A stretch of 64,000 bases of DNA from a virus (taxonomy: Duplodnaviria > Caudoviricetes): IMG/VR virus record IMGVR_UViG_3300021093_000004; one strand, written 5' to 3'. This document shows, piece after piece, positions 55,122 to 64,000 of this stretch; within the stretch, counting starts at the first letter, position 1; each line of letters opens with the position of its first letter. Position numbers and translations under genes: made by a program. The notes beneath the pieces were generated by a model, which did not search any database, had not been told where the DNA came from, and was given only the letters and a program-made list of their open reading frames with translations.

Positions 55122-56600
55122 TTACTTCACATCCAAGTCTCTGAAAGTGCACTCTCCGGCTTCGCCGATTGATCCATGGTCTCCCGCATAACCTATCTCG
55201 TTTGTCTTGCCGACTACGAGATAGAGCGGGGCCGTTGGAAATATGCTTAATGGAATCTCAATAACTGTATACCATTTGTTATTATCATATACTTCGCCAA
55301 CATATGACACATTGGTCTTCTTGATTCGCAATGTGTACTCTTTGTTAGGTGTAACTTGGCCAATTCCCAGATTCGCATTTCCGTTCAGCACACCAGCGAA
55401 ACTGCCAGAATATCGCAGATTGACCTTTAGGATGCCGTTTGGCCAAACAACCGAAATTCCAGGCCCCCATGTGGCTCCTTTATCGGTTCCGGTATTCACA
55501 GTAACCCGAACTTCCTTAAACGCTGGTAACACACGTTGAAAGAAGCAGTAGCAATTTGCCGGGCTAACGATTTTGATAGAATCCGGTCCGGGTGTTATTA
55601 CTCCCAACGATTTGGCTAGAGTCCATTTTCCGTCATCAAGTTCCATTGATGGTATCGCTGCTGTGTTCCACAGGGATAATCCATATTGGTTAACGACGGA
55701 TTGGAATGGCGATGCGATTGTTACCTTAGGGGAACCTGCAAATAACAATGCAACAGCCTTCATGTCCATGCTACAGATGATACTACCTGAGTCCCCGCCT
55801 TTGCTCATCGCACTGCAAACAACGCAGTCGTTGAATCGGCCCGCTCCGAAATCGTATCCAATCGTGAAGCTGGCATTCACACCTATGATGCGTCCGGTGG
55901 TATATCCTGTTGTTCTTCCGAGCTTCTGAACTTGCATTTTGACTGCTGGTGTTCCGAAGCCCGACAGTGATTGATTCACAACCGGGTAGAACGGATCAAC
56001 CATACCCGCTTGGATGAATGCATCATGGATTACGGCGATAGCCGAATCTTGAGTGTTATTGGTCTTTTGAAGTGGAACGAAACTCTTCAATGTTGCGATA
56101 TATGGTAATTGAGTGGCTGGGGTATTCCAACCGTTAAATTGAAGGTTTCCGGAACTATCTGACGGTCCCGGTTGATAGATAATATCGCCAGCTTTGGCGT
56201 TGTTTTCATTGGCCAAAACGTGGTTATTGCTGAGAATAACGGGCTGCCCGTCACGATCAGCAAAGACCCCGCCAATTGTTCCTGCGGTGATTTTACCGTG
56301 ACCGCAACTATATCCGGGCTTAACAGGTCGAACCCGTGCTCTCAAATTTTGCTTTTGGATATACCCGACTTCAATAACGTCAGTTGGAATTCCATCGACT
56401 TCTGAAGGGACCAATTCGTCTTCAGAGTATTTGCTGATGAGGCCACGTTTTGCGAGCTTCTTTTCTACAAATACCAGTATAGCTGGTTGGTCCGTTGGTT
56501 GACCATTGACCCACTTAATGCCGATTCCAACGCCGTTGACATTCTTCTTTTGTGAGAGGTCGTTTTCGTGAGCTTGTTTGACCGCCAGTTCGTTGGACAT
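55122..56600 (-). CDS. Trypsin-like (S1, Nal1-like) serine protease with pro-region and C-terminal beta domain
   Basis: NVNGVGIG, VPSEVDGIPTDVIE, TAGTIG, ILSNNHVLA (H), DSAIA (D), VQKLGRTTGYT, GGDSGS (S). Confidence 0.85.
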   Translation of the reverse strand: MSNELAVKQAHENDLSQKKNVNGVGIGIKWVNGQPTDQPAILVFVEKKLAKRGLISKYSEDELVPSEVDGIPTDVIEVGYIQKQNLRARVRPVKPGYSCGHGKITAGTIGGVFADRDGQPVILSNNHVLANENNAKAGDIIYQPGPSDSSGNLQFNGWNTPATQLPYIATLKSFVPLQKTNNTQDSAIAVIHDAFIQAGMVDPFYPVVNQSLSGFGTPAVKMQVQKLGRTTGYTTGRIIGVNASFTIGYDFGAGRFNDCVVCSAMSKGGDSGSIICSMDMKAVALLFAGSPKVTIASPFQSVVNQYGLSLWNTAAIPSMELDDGKWTLAKSLGVITPGPDSIKIVSPANCYCFFQRVLPAFKEVRVTVNTGTDKGATWGPGISVVWPNGILKVNLRYSGSFAGVLNGNANLGIGQVTPNKEYTLRIKKTNVSYVGEVYDNNKWYTVIEIPLSIFPTAPLYLVVGKTNEIGYAGDHGSIGEAGECTFRDLDVK

Positions 56601-56718
56601 TGTATGTTCCTAGCTAAGTGGTCCGAGTTTCTCTAATTTTGCGTTTCAGCGGGGTTCAAACCTATAATATACCACTTGTCTATATGAAGATACATAAGGC
56701 GAGGTAGCGACATACACT

Positions 56719-58053
56719 ATGGATTGCGGCAGTAGTTCGATATTACCGAATGGTCGGTGTTCTGTTTTACCGATTCTCGCCACAGACGGCCAAGTCTTTG
56801 TGGATAGCGAGTTGGTGAAATGGATCTATAATGCATCTACGGATCTTTGGGAAAAATCCGGTACCGCAACTACCATTCCTCTTGCATCAACAGCCGGTGT
56901 TGGCTACCTTTCTTTTCGCGATAAAGCATTACTAGATCGAATTCCACCGGTACCGGGCGGTTTCGGGATTATCACCGACACCAAATTATTGCTACAAAGC
57001 CCGACCAATCCGGAAGGAATTATTCGAGGCGACATTCAATTAAAAAGCGAAAGCCTAGACATTATATGTGTTGGCCCGGAAGGTCTTAAATTAAATTGTT
57101 CCACCCCACCGGAATTAGAATGCACATCTCCAACTGGTAGAACTCCTGGGCTGCTGTTTAAATTAAGCAAGAAATTCTTGGATACTCTTGTGGTCAATAT
57201 GCCAGGACCACAAGGAAAAAAGGGCTATACGGGCGAAAAAGGAAAGGCTGGTAAGCCGGGATTTGCCGGTGGTCCCCCAGGGATACCTGGAACTCCGGGC
57301 GATGACATCGACGAATTATGTCAGTTAACAGGAATTCGCTATCGCGATATCAATGGCATAACCGAAAAGGCAATCGTTGATCTCAACTTAGTTGATGATG
57401 AGGGTCGCGGTTGCAAACTGGTTGTGACTAAGGCCAGATTAAATGTCCCTGGCGATGTCCCAGCCGATAAGATTATTGCGACTCCATTGATCCGGAATAT
57501 CGTATATCAGCCTGACCCAGATCCGGATAACTGTGACATCACGCGAATAAACCAGTGGACACTGACTAAGAATCCGGGCGATGTCACGCCATTAAATCTC
57601 AGCTTGCTGCGATTGTCTCGCGGAGCCGATGCTGTCTCTAACGAGCCGGTCGGATTTAATACCACATTATCGCTACGAAAGTTCGTGACAGATATTGTAG
57701 CGGAACATCAGCGACGCTTGAAAAAGATCGATGAGGCATTTGGCAAACAAGCTCGATCCTACATTGAAAGAATTGATGATAAGGCTAGAACTATATTATC
57801 ACAACTAGCCAATGAATTGGCAATGTGTGAATTCAATCTGCCAGCGGTGGAATACTGTATTACATTTACGGGATGTGACCAACCACCTCCACCTCCACCA
57901 CCTCCACCTCCACCTCCACCTCCACCACCGCCAAGCCCAATACGGGCAGCAGCGATGCGGGCTGGAGATGGGGACCATGAAGGGATACCAATATCTGGTC
58001 GAAAGCTGACGAGCGTTGCGATGGGTGCTAAAAAGTGGGGTATTAAACAATGA
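56719..58053 (+). CDS. Virion structural/fibre-like protein with a collagen-like Gly-X-Y tract and a poly-Pro tract
   Basis: GPQGKKGYTGEKGKAGKPG; about 17 consecutive Pro codons (57883-57933); Cys-rich. Confidence 0.65.
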   Translation: MDCGSSSILPNGRCSVLPILATDGQVFVDSELVKWIYNASTDLWEKSGTATTIPLASTAGVGYLSFRDKALLDRIPPVPGGFGIITDTKLLLQSPTNPEGIIRGDIQLKSESLDIICVGPEGLKLNCSTPPELECTSPTGRTPGLLFKLSKKFLDTLVVNMPGPQGKKGYTGEKGKAGKPGFAGGPPGIPGTPGDDIDELCQLTGIRYRDINGITEKAIVDLNLVDDEGRGCKLVVTKARLNVPGDVPADKIIATPLIRNIVYQPDPDPDNCDITRINQWTLTKNPGDVTPLNLSLLRLSRGADAVSNEPVGFNTTLSLRKFVTDIVAEHQRRLKKIDEAFGKQARSYIERIDDKARTILSQLANELAMCEFNLPAVEYCITFTGCDQPPPPPPPPPPPPPPPPPSPIRAAAMRAGDGDHEGIPISGRKLTSVAMGAKKWGIKQ

Positions 58054-60248
58054 GCACCGAATTGACAACGGTTGATCCATGCACGCTGTTCCCGGCTAAT
58101 CCGACCCACGGAATGCTTTTCGAACAGAAAAATGGTGTCATATACCAATATGACGCTGCTATTCATGCATGGCTTAAGCTTGCGTCAGATAATATCGTTT
58201 TACCGCTCGCAACCACAACTCGCGATGGTGCGATGTCACTAGACGATTTCAAGAAATTGAATCGTCTAGTGATTCCACCTCCTATATCCAGTATAATTGG
58301 TACTGATTGTCTCGCTTCTTACCAGCGTGGATCGATTAGCTTATACTCCGGAGACCAATTTGTATCAGTAGATGGACATTTAGATGTTCAAAATATCGAT
58401 CAATTTGGAGACCAGATCTCTGAAGAGGTTCCATTCCAGATCCATCAGCATACGTATGGCTTTGATTTTACAGTTGATGCTCAACAATTAATATCAGAAC
58501 TAGAAAGACGTGGCCAAATTCGTCTTTCTGGTCGTGATGGACAAAAGGGTGACACTGGAGAAACTGGTGATCCTGGAATCAACGGTGTTATGGCAGGACC
58601 ACCGGGAGATTCTGGCAACGATGGGTCCGCGCCTACTTGCACACTTTCGATTGAACCGGAAACCTTTCAAGCTCAAACAAGGCCCGGCTTAAAGCGAGCA
58701 TTGGTTGATGTTCGAGTGATTCCGGATGTTGTTGATGATAGGAATTTCGCACTTGAATTTGATCGCCAAGTGGTTGGTAATGAGAATGGCTCTGCTTCAC
58801 AATTCAGAGTGAAGCAGATTGAAAGCACTTGGTTATTGGCGGTCTCTGTCTTCACGGATGAAAGCGACACTACAGAGGCTTTAAATTGCGGTGTTCCGGG
58901 TGAACGAAGAAATCAATTCTATACCCTATTTTATATTGATATTGAACCAATATTGAATACTATTCAAACGAAATTCTTCGATGAAGTTGAACGATTGAAA
59001 AAAGGGTATCAAGACATCGTTGCGTTCTGGGTACAAACGATGTCCGATTTGTTCGATGAACAAAAAGATGCTTTATGTTGCGCTCTTGAGAACTGTATTT
59101 CTGGCAAAAAGAGCACACATGCCCGTGAACACATGGAGACTATCGCAGCGTTGGCATTAGGAAAGGCCAAAATCAATCTTCATGGAAGACATAGCAAACA
59201 AGCCGTTGAATTATCGAGCACTCGGTTATTGCATGAACTCGGTGGACCGGATCTCTGCAAAGGTGGTCCGGATTTTCCACAAAACCCTGTAGCAAAACGT
59301 GGGGATGACGATGGCGATAGTGCAGTCGTTGCGTCGTCCGCGAGCGTAACTCCATTATTAATTGATATAGACCCATTGGTTAATTCGGCTATCTCAAGCT
59401 CGAAGCAGATTGAATTGCCTCAAGGAATTTACGTCGCAACGATAAAACAAGCTACGGCTCAAGTCAATAATATGCACCGTAGTAATGTGAAAATTCGCTA
59501 TGTGTCAAATGGAGAACATAAAACCACTCAATTCCTTGATAAAGGTGCGTTTTCTTCATTAATCGAAGCCCAATCAGCATATGAGGGATTGTCGATCTCG
59601 TTTAAGCATGATGGTGGTTTCATAGAAGCATTTCTGCCATCGATTCAGCCACGACAATCATCTGGACAGATAAAAATTCTGATTGATAAGACTTCCGAAA
59701 CGGTGGTAATACCGGTTCCGGAGCCAATTCAGTCTGAAATATTAACGCCTAAAGTATCTAAGACTGACAAACCACGGCGTAAAAAGCAGAAAGAATCCAA
59801 AGCGAAACGGGCTGAAGTCGTAACTACTAAGTCTGCAGAACAATGCCAAATGTCCGTATCTCATCTTGCATGGTATGAGAGCGGTTGGTCATCAGGTCGG
59901 TGCTGTGGCTTGGTCGTAAATGTGGCCGGACAAGATTATATCGTCGTCAAGCGATCAATCGGTTCGGAAGACAATTGTGGTGGTGGTGAAAGCCTAGACA
60001 CACCTTGTATAGCTAAATTCACTCATGCTCAGGGACATCCGGCATTTGCATGGCCGACATTCGACGGTCGCACATTTGCTCCCATTCCGGCATCGGGTTT
60101 TGTCACGTTCGAATATGATAAAGCCTTAAACGAATTAGTTGCAGCCAAGATCGCCAAGTCAGAGTATAATAATGGTGTTGGCAATCCAAACGGCATCCGT
60201 CATCTCAGCTATCAATTGATGACGATTTTATTTCCATCGGCACAATAA
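58050..60248 (+). CDS. Virion structural/fibre-like protein with a collagen-like tract, paralogous to the preceding gene
   Basis: Shared N-terminal motif (Y.A....W.K...PLA....G.[LM]S..D...L.R[IL]); GRDGQKGDTGETGDPG; ATGA overlap. Confidence 0.65.
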   Translation: MSTELTTVDPCTLFPANPTHGMLFEQKNGVIYQYDAAIHAWLKLASDNIVLPLATTTRDGAMSLDDFKKLNRLVIPPPISSIIGTDCLASYQRGSISLYSGDQFVSVDGHLDVQNIDQFGDQISEEVPFQIHQHTYGFDFTVDAQQLISELERRGQIRLSGRDGQKGDTGETGDPGINGVMAGPPGDSGNDGSAPTCTLSIEPETFQAQTRPGLKRALVDVRVIPDVVDDRNFALEFDRQVVGNENGSASQFRVKQIESTWLLAVSVFTDESDTTEALNCGVPGERRNQFYTLFYIDIEPILNTIQTKFFDEVERLKKGYQDIVAFWVQTMSDLFDEQKDALCCALENCISGKKSTHAREHMETIAALALGKAKINLHGRHSKQAVELSSTRLLHELGGPDLCKGGPDFPQNPVAKRGDDDGDSAVVASSASVTPLLIDIDPLVNSAISSSKQIELPQGIYVATIKQATAQVNNMHRSNVKIRYVSNGEHKTTQFLDKGAFSSLIEAQSAYEGLSISFKHDGGFIEAFLPSIQPRQSSGQIKILIDKTSETVVIPVPEPIQSEILTPKVSKTDKPRRKKQKESKAKRAEVVTTKSAEQCQMSVSHLAWYESGWSSGRCCGLVVNVAGQDYIVVKRSIGSEDNCGGGESLDTPCIAKFTHAQGHPAFAWPTFDGRTFAPIPASGFVTFEYDKALNELVAAKIAKSEYNNGVGNPNGIRHLSYQLMTILFPSAQ

Positions 60249-60763
60249 TGCGTGTTAAAGTTGAACAATTCTGTTCATTGGCTACATCACCATCTTGGCA
60301 AGCATGGTTGTACCATTTCAATGCCGAATTATATCGCCGATTTATCAAACGGTTACAGGAATCACGCGGTTGCAATCAAAATCGCGATTTGATGACTGAG
60401 ATACTGCGAGAAATCGATACTTCTGGTGGTAGTGATGCATTAGGAACATTTCTATCAAAACATTACCCACATATGATTGAAGGACTGGAACGCATCCAAC
60501 CAATCCAGTCAAGTGGTAGTGTTTTTGAATATTATAATCCAAATATCCTAACTTACCCGCGTCGTATAATCTTTACTGGTGATTTGCGTAGCCTTCGGCA
60601 TACCATCAATGAATTCGTTTTGGACAAAATTAAACATGATAGTATCATCGTTGGAAATACGGCATACATAGAGTATCTGACTTCCGACGATAGTGCTATT
60701 GTGGATAAAATTCCAGACCAAAATTGGCAAATACCTGCTTATCGCTTGCGGACATTTAAGTGA
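60248..60763 (+). CDS. Hypothetical protein
   Basis: TAATG-coupled 171-aa ORF. Confidence 0.6.
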   Translation: MRVKVEQFCSLATSPSWQAWLYHFNAELYRRFIKRLQESRGCNQNRDLMTEILREIDTSGGSDALGTFLSKHYPHMIEGLERIQPIQSSGSVFEYYNPNILTYPRRIIFTGDLRSLRHTINEFVLDKIKHDSIIVGNTAYIEYLTSDDSAIVDKIPDQNWQIPAYRLRTFK

Positions 60764-60812
60764 TATCGAGCGATTTTTAGGACCAGATTGTATCCACGCA
60801 AAATTGATACAG

Positions 60813-63800
60813 ATGAGTCTCTTTGGAACAATTGCTGGCGAGTCTACAATGGATATAACGCAACATTCTACAACGGAAATTCGTTTAAATAAACTTGGTC
60901 AACCAGAATTAGTACGCAAACGCAAAGGAAAACGACCAGAAGGTACTTTAAGTGAATTAGCAGATGATATCTCACATCTGTTGGAATATATGGAATTTGG
61001 CGGTCCAATGCCAGCCATGTCGCCTGAGCAACCCCCAAATGATCGTGCTTTAAATCAGTCACCAGAACTGGTTGCATCTCGTGGTGATCAGATACGTAAC
61101 CATGACGAAACGATCACCAACATGGGAGGATCGACTCCGATGGCTGCTGATTCTCCGGAATTAAGCAGGGTCAAAAGTAGATTACAAGCAACCGCCACAG
61201 GCAACAAAGTTCGAAACAAATATATTGCAGGCTCTACGGGTGTAGGCATTGATTATAGTGCCCCACGAACCGAAAGCTTTACTGGGACATCAGGGATTGC
61301 AATAGCCCCCACTCAATACAATGTCATCGGTGATGATGACGATGAGGAAGAATCAAACCAAGCGTCGGAGAGTAATATGAAGAGGACAATCGATGATCTT
61401 CTGCTTGAATGGGAGCCGGAATTCAAGGGTGGCGAATACAGCCCTGGCGACTATCAAATGGTAAGCCCATCTGGGGATGGTGTTGTTAAGCGGAAGCCAA
61501 AGCAAGATCGTACTGGTGCGTTTGACACCGATACGACTGAAGCTGGCAAGCCATTTCCGGGCAAGCACAAAGTCACTGCGGCTATGTGCGATGTCGATGA
61601 AGATGGCGTTGAAAACAAGCCTCAAGGTGGTCATGAAAGCAGCGTTGGCGAGCCAACAGACGGCCATCAGTCGAAAATGGGCCACGACTGGCCGAAGAAA
61701 GCAAAGCACTCCGGTGGCGGAGTTGCAGAGCCATTTAGCGGCACACGTTGGAGCGACGGTGGTACTCTCGAAAGCGGGAGTGGATCGGACGACAATAACT
61801 ATAGCAAAGGCAGCCCTGGATCGCCAAAAGGAGGCCCTCGGATGGGCGAACCGATGGAATGGTCTCCAGAGAAAATCGGTCAACTGCTCGGCGAAGAAGC
61901 AGACTTGCAGAATCTGTTCGACAGTTATGCTCGGACATCGCCACAAGTTCACGTTGAAGGCTTCCAAGAACTGTGTGACGCACACGGTTTAGGGGTGATG
62001 CTCGATGAATCATCACTGCTTGGTCTGATGGCAGCCAATCAAGAATTCATGTTCCATGAATATGGCGACTCTAACGGAACATATTGGTTGGCCGAAGAAG
62101 CCGAGGAGACCCACCGGAATATAGATTGGGACTGTGAATTTTTTCATGGGGACAATGAAGAAGCTCTCCTGGCAGCTACGCTGAATGACATCCAATTGGA
62201 GGAACTTCCTTCTTTTATCAGAACACTAAACGATTTCTTGGATAGTCCGGGCTACGTGACCGGTTCCTACCCAGAAGAATGGAAAATCGACAATATAAAA
62301 CTGGACGGAAGCGACGACGCCATTATTCACCTGCGAAATGGAGATACGTTCGATATCTCCTCTGAAACATCTTTCTTGGACATCATTAAGTTGCTGGCCC
62401 CCCCGATTACCGAGGGTGTAATATCCGAGTTGCAAATCCGGTCCCCGGAGGAGGAAGCTAGTCTGTTTAAAGGCCGGTATCCCACTGGTGATCCGCACTA
62501 CGACGACGATTACAATGCCCGCCTTAAAGCTGGCCGTGACCCCATGGATCGCTTTGGTTCTGGTCCAATGGGAGCCGCTGATGAGTACGGCGACGATGAG
62601 TTCGGCGACGATGAGTTCGGCGACGATGAGTACGGCGACGATGAGTTCGGCGAAATGATGCATGGTGAGGAAGACATTCCTCAAGAAGAAGCCCCGTACT
62701 TCGAAGGTCGTGAAATCGTCACCGGTCCGCAGATGAATGAGTCGCTTGGCAAATTCATGACATCGGCACGCTCACTGATCGAAAACAGCAAGGGTGTGAA
62801 TCGAAGAGATATTGCTAACGCTCTGAACCGTTCGTGGGAATTCCACGCTGGAAACATTAATGCTGCGACCACTCCGACGAAAGTTCAAGGGACTCTTCGC
62901 CAGATGATGGAAAGTTTTCCGGGCTTCAATCCATTGCTGAATGAAGCTGGAAAGGATGCGATGGAATCTGCTTCCGGGAAGGCCATTACCGCTGATGGAA
63001 TGAAGCAATCGCCGCATTTGAACAAGCAGCCCGGTCCGGATGAAATGGAGCAACACGGCAGCAAAGATAATCCTCTTAAACGTGATCAAAAGAACACGTA
63101 CACTTCGACCCCGATCATGAAGGGCACGGAGAAGGGATTGACTGGTACCGGAAAAGTCAAGGAAGAAAGTAAACTCTCCGGACCGAATGCCGCTATCCTT
63201 CGAGACAATGTGAACAAACTTGCGAAGAAAATCCGCGAGTCGATCCGCGAATCTGCCAAAGGGCTTCGCGGGAAACACACCGTGAATTTCTCGATCGTGG
63301 TAGCCGAAGGCAATGCCAAAACGCGAACTCCAACCCGGTCACAATTGGTTGAGGCCGTTGCCGATCTGGAAGAAGTTTTGCAATTCCACCCGCTTGACGA
63401 TGTTACATTCGAGACGCGGTTCAAAGACATCAAGGGGCACGTAGTGCTCAAGAACGATGTTCCGCTCGCGACCATCAATCAACGTGGGCCAATCGTTGCC
63501 GAAGGACGAGCGATCTTTCGATTCACACGAAACGCCGAGCTCTTCGCCAACGAATTGGTGGTTGAAGGGGTCACATGCCGCATTCAGCCACACAATTGGG
63601 GCACTGCGGTAGCAGCGAAAGTGACGCTGGAAAGTGCTACCGCTGCCTTCCGTGTCCTCACTGAAAAAAAAAAGAAGTCATTAAAGGACGCTTGTTGGGA
63701 AGGTTACGAAGCGATCGGATTCAAAAAGGGTAAAGGCGGAAAAGAGGTACCAAATTGTGTGCCTATGAATGAGAATATCCGCGATAGCAATGGCTTAAAT

Positions 63801-64000
63801 TATAATTCAGATAGGCACCAGAAGGCAAATATAAGAACTAACAGAGGCACCAAAGTAGTGCTTTATCCACAACAGCAACTAACACCCACTCGCCGCTTTG
63901 TCGAACTGATCACTTGGCAATTCGACAGAGGATATGTGACACCTCTCCGAAATTCGCGTAGTCAATTAAGTTGGTATATTAGTCGAGAACTGCCGAAGTT
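60813..64000 (+). CDS. Long acidic prohead/internal-head-like protein, truncated by the window end (>1060 aa)
   Basis: Manual reading shows an open frame from ATG 60813 to the window end; it is absent from the ORF track because it has no stop. Many [ILV]-x-E motifs, DE[YF]GD repeats, and the phage motif CWEGYEAIGFKKGKGGKEVPNCVP. Confidence 0.8.
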   Translation, partial: MSLFGTIAGESTMDITQHSTTEIRLNKLGQPELVRKRKGKRPEGTLSELADDISHLLEYMEFGGPMPAMSPEQPPNDRALNQSPELVASRGDQIRNHDETITNMGGSTPMAADSPELSRVKSRLQATATGNKVRNKYIAGSTGVGIDYSAPRTESFTGTSGIAIAPTQYNVIGDDDDEEESNQASESNMKRTIDDLLLEWEPEFKGGEYSPGDYQMVSPSGDGVVKRKPKQDRTGAFDTDTTEAGKPFPGKHKVTAAMCDVDEDGVENKPQGGHESSVGEPTDGHQSKMGHDWPKKAKHSGGGVAEPFSGTRWSDGGTLESGSGSDDNNYSKGSPGSPKGGPRMGEPMEWSPEKIGQLLGEEADLQNLFDSYARTSPQVHVEGFQELCDAHGLGVMLDESSLLGLMAANQEFMFHEYGDSNGTYWLAEEAEETHRNIDWDCEFFHGDNEEALLAATLNDIQLEELPSFIRTLNDFLDSPGYVTGSYPEEWKIDNIKLDGSDDAIIHLRNGDTFDISSETSFLDIIKLLAPPITEGVISELQIRSPEEEASLFKGRYPTGDPHYDDDYNARLKAGRDPMDRFGSGPMGAADEYGDDEFGDDEFGDDEYGDDEFGEMMHGEEDIPQEEAPYFEGREIVTGPQMNESLGKFMTSARSLIENSKGVNRRDIANALNRSWEFHAGNINAATTPTKVQGTLRQMMESFPGFNPLLNEAGKDAMESASGKAITADGMKQSPHLNKQPGPDEMEQHGSKDNPLKRDQKNTYTSTPIMKGTEKGLTGTGKVKEESKLSGPNAAILRDNVNKLAKKIRESIRESAKGLRGKHTVNFSIVVAEGNAKTRTPTRSQLVEAVADLEEVLQFHPLDDVTFETRFKDIKGHVVLKNDVPLATINQRGPIVAEGRAIFRFTRNAELFANELVVEGVTCRIQPHNWGTAVAAKVTLESATAAFRVLTEKKKKSLKDACWEGYEAIGFKKGKGGKEVPNCVPMNENIRDSNGLNYNSDRHQKANIRTNRGTKVVLYPQQQLTPTRRFVELITWQFDRGYVTPLRNSRSQLSWYISRELPK
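62580..62654 (+). repeat. 15-bp tandem repeat x5 (DE[YF]GD)
   Basis: Unit GATGAGTWCGGCGAC. Confidence 0.92.

Noticed and set aside
63663-63674. A10 homopolymer as a frameshift or phase-variation site
   Set aside because: The frame stays open through it (TEKKKK) into the conserved CWEGY motif.

Overview
This window is a gene-dense segment of a large T4-like (jumbo) tailed-phage genome, not a cellular chromosome. Bases 210-15021 hold a UvsW-like helicase, a putative late sigma-like factor and a head module: terminase large subunit, portal, a 1018-aa acidic prohead protein, a gp21-like protease, a scaffold and a gp23-like major capsid protein. The accessory region that follows contains a PD-(D/E)XK nuclease, two GNAT acetyltransferases, a C-terminally shortened PurB, several SAM methyltransferases, a metallophosphoesterase, a pyrimidine-dimer glycosylase-like protein, a partly degenerate tRNA array, a PRTase-domain protein, two glycan-modification clusters, fibre-like genes, a lipoprotein plus papain-protease envelope module, a PLD-family protein with RarA, a MoxR-type AAA/VWA pair, a trypsin-like protease, collagen-repeat structural proteins, and a long acidic ORF that runs off the right edge. 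Several secreted or lipoprotein genes look like Planctomycetota proteins, which suggests that host (inference). The most notable observations are: (i) an atypical tRNA whose anticodon loop centres on CUA (amber suppressor-like), together with two small ORFs interrupted by an in-frame TAG; (ii) a shared N-terminal M-[KR]-L-[KR]-x-I-x-E tag on two GNATs, a PRTase and another small protein, resembling a capsid-targeting propeptide for injected enzymes; (iii) an unassigned, about 170-nt multi-stem RNA between the AAA and VWA genes; and (iv) a perfect 29-bp inverted repeat overlapping a putative late promoter. All family calls are from motif recognition by eye; no database searches were run.
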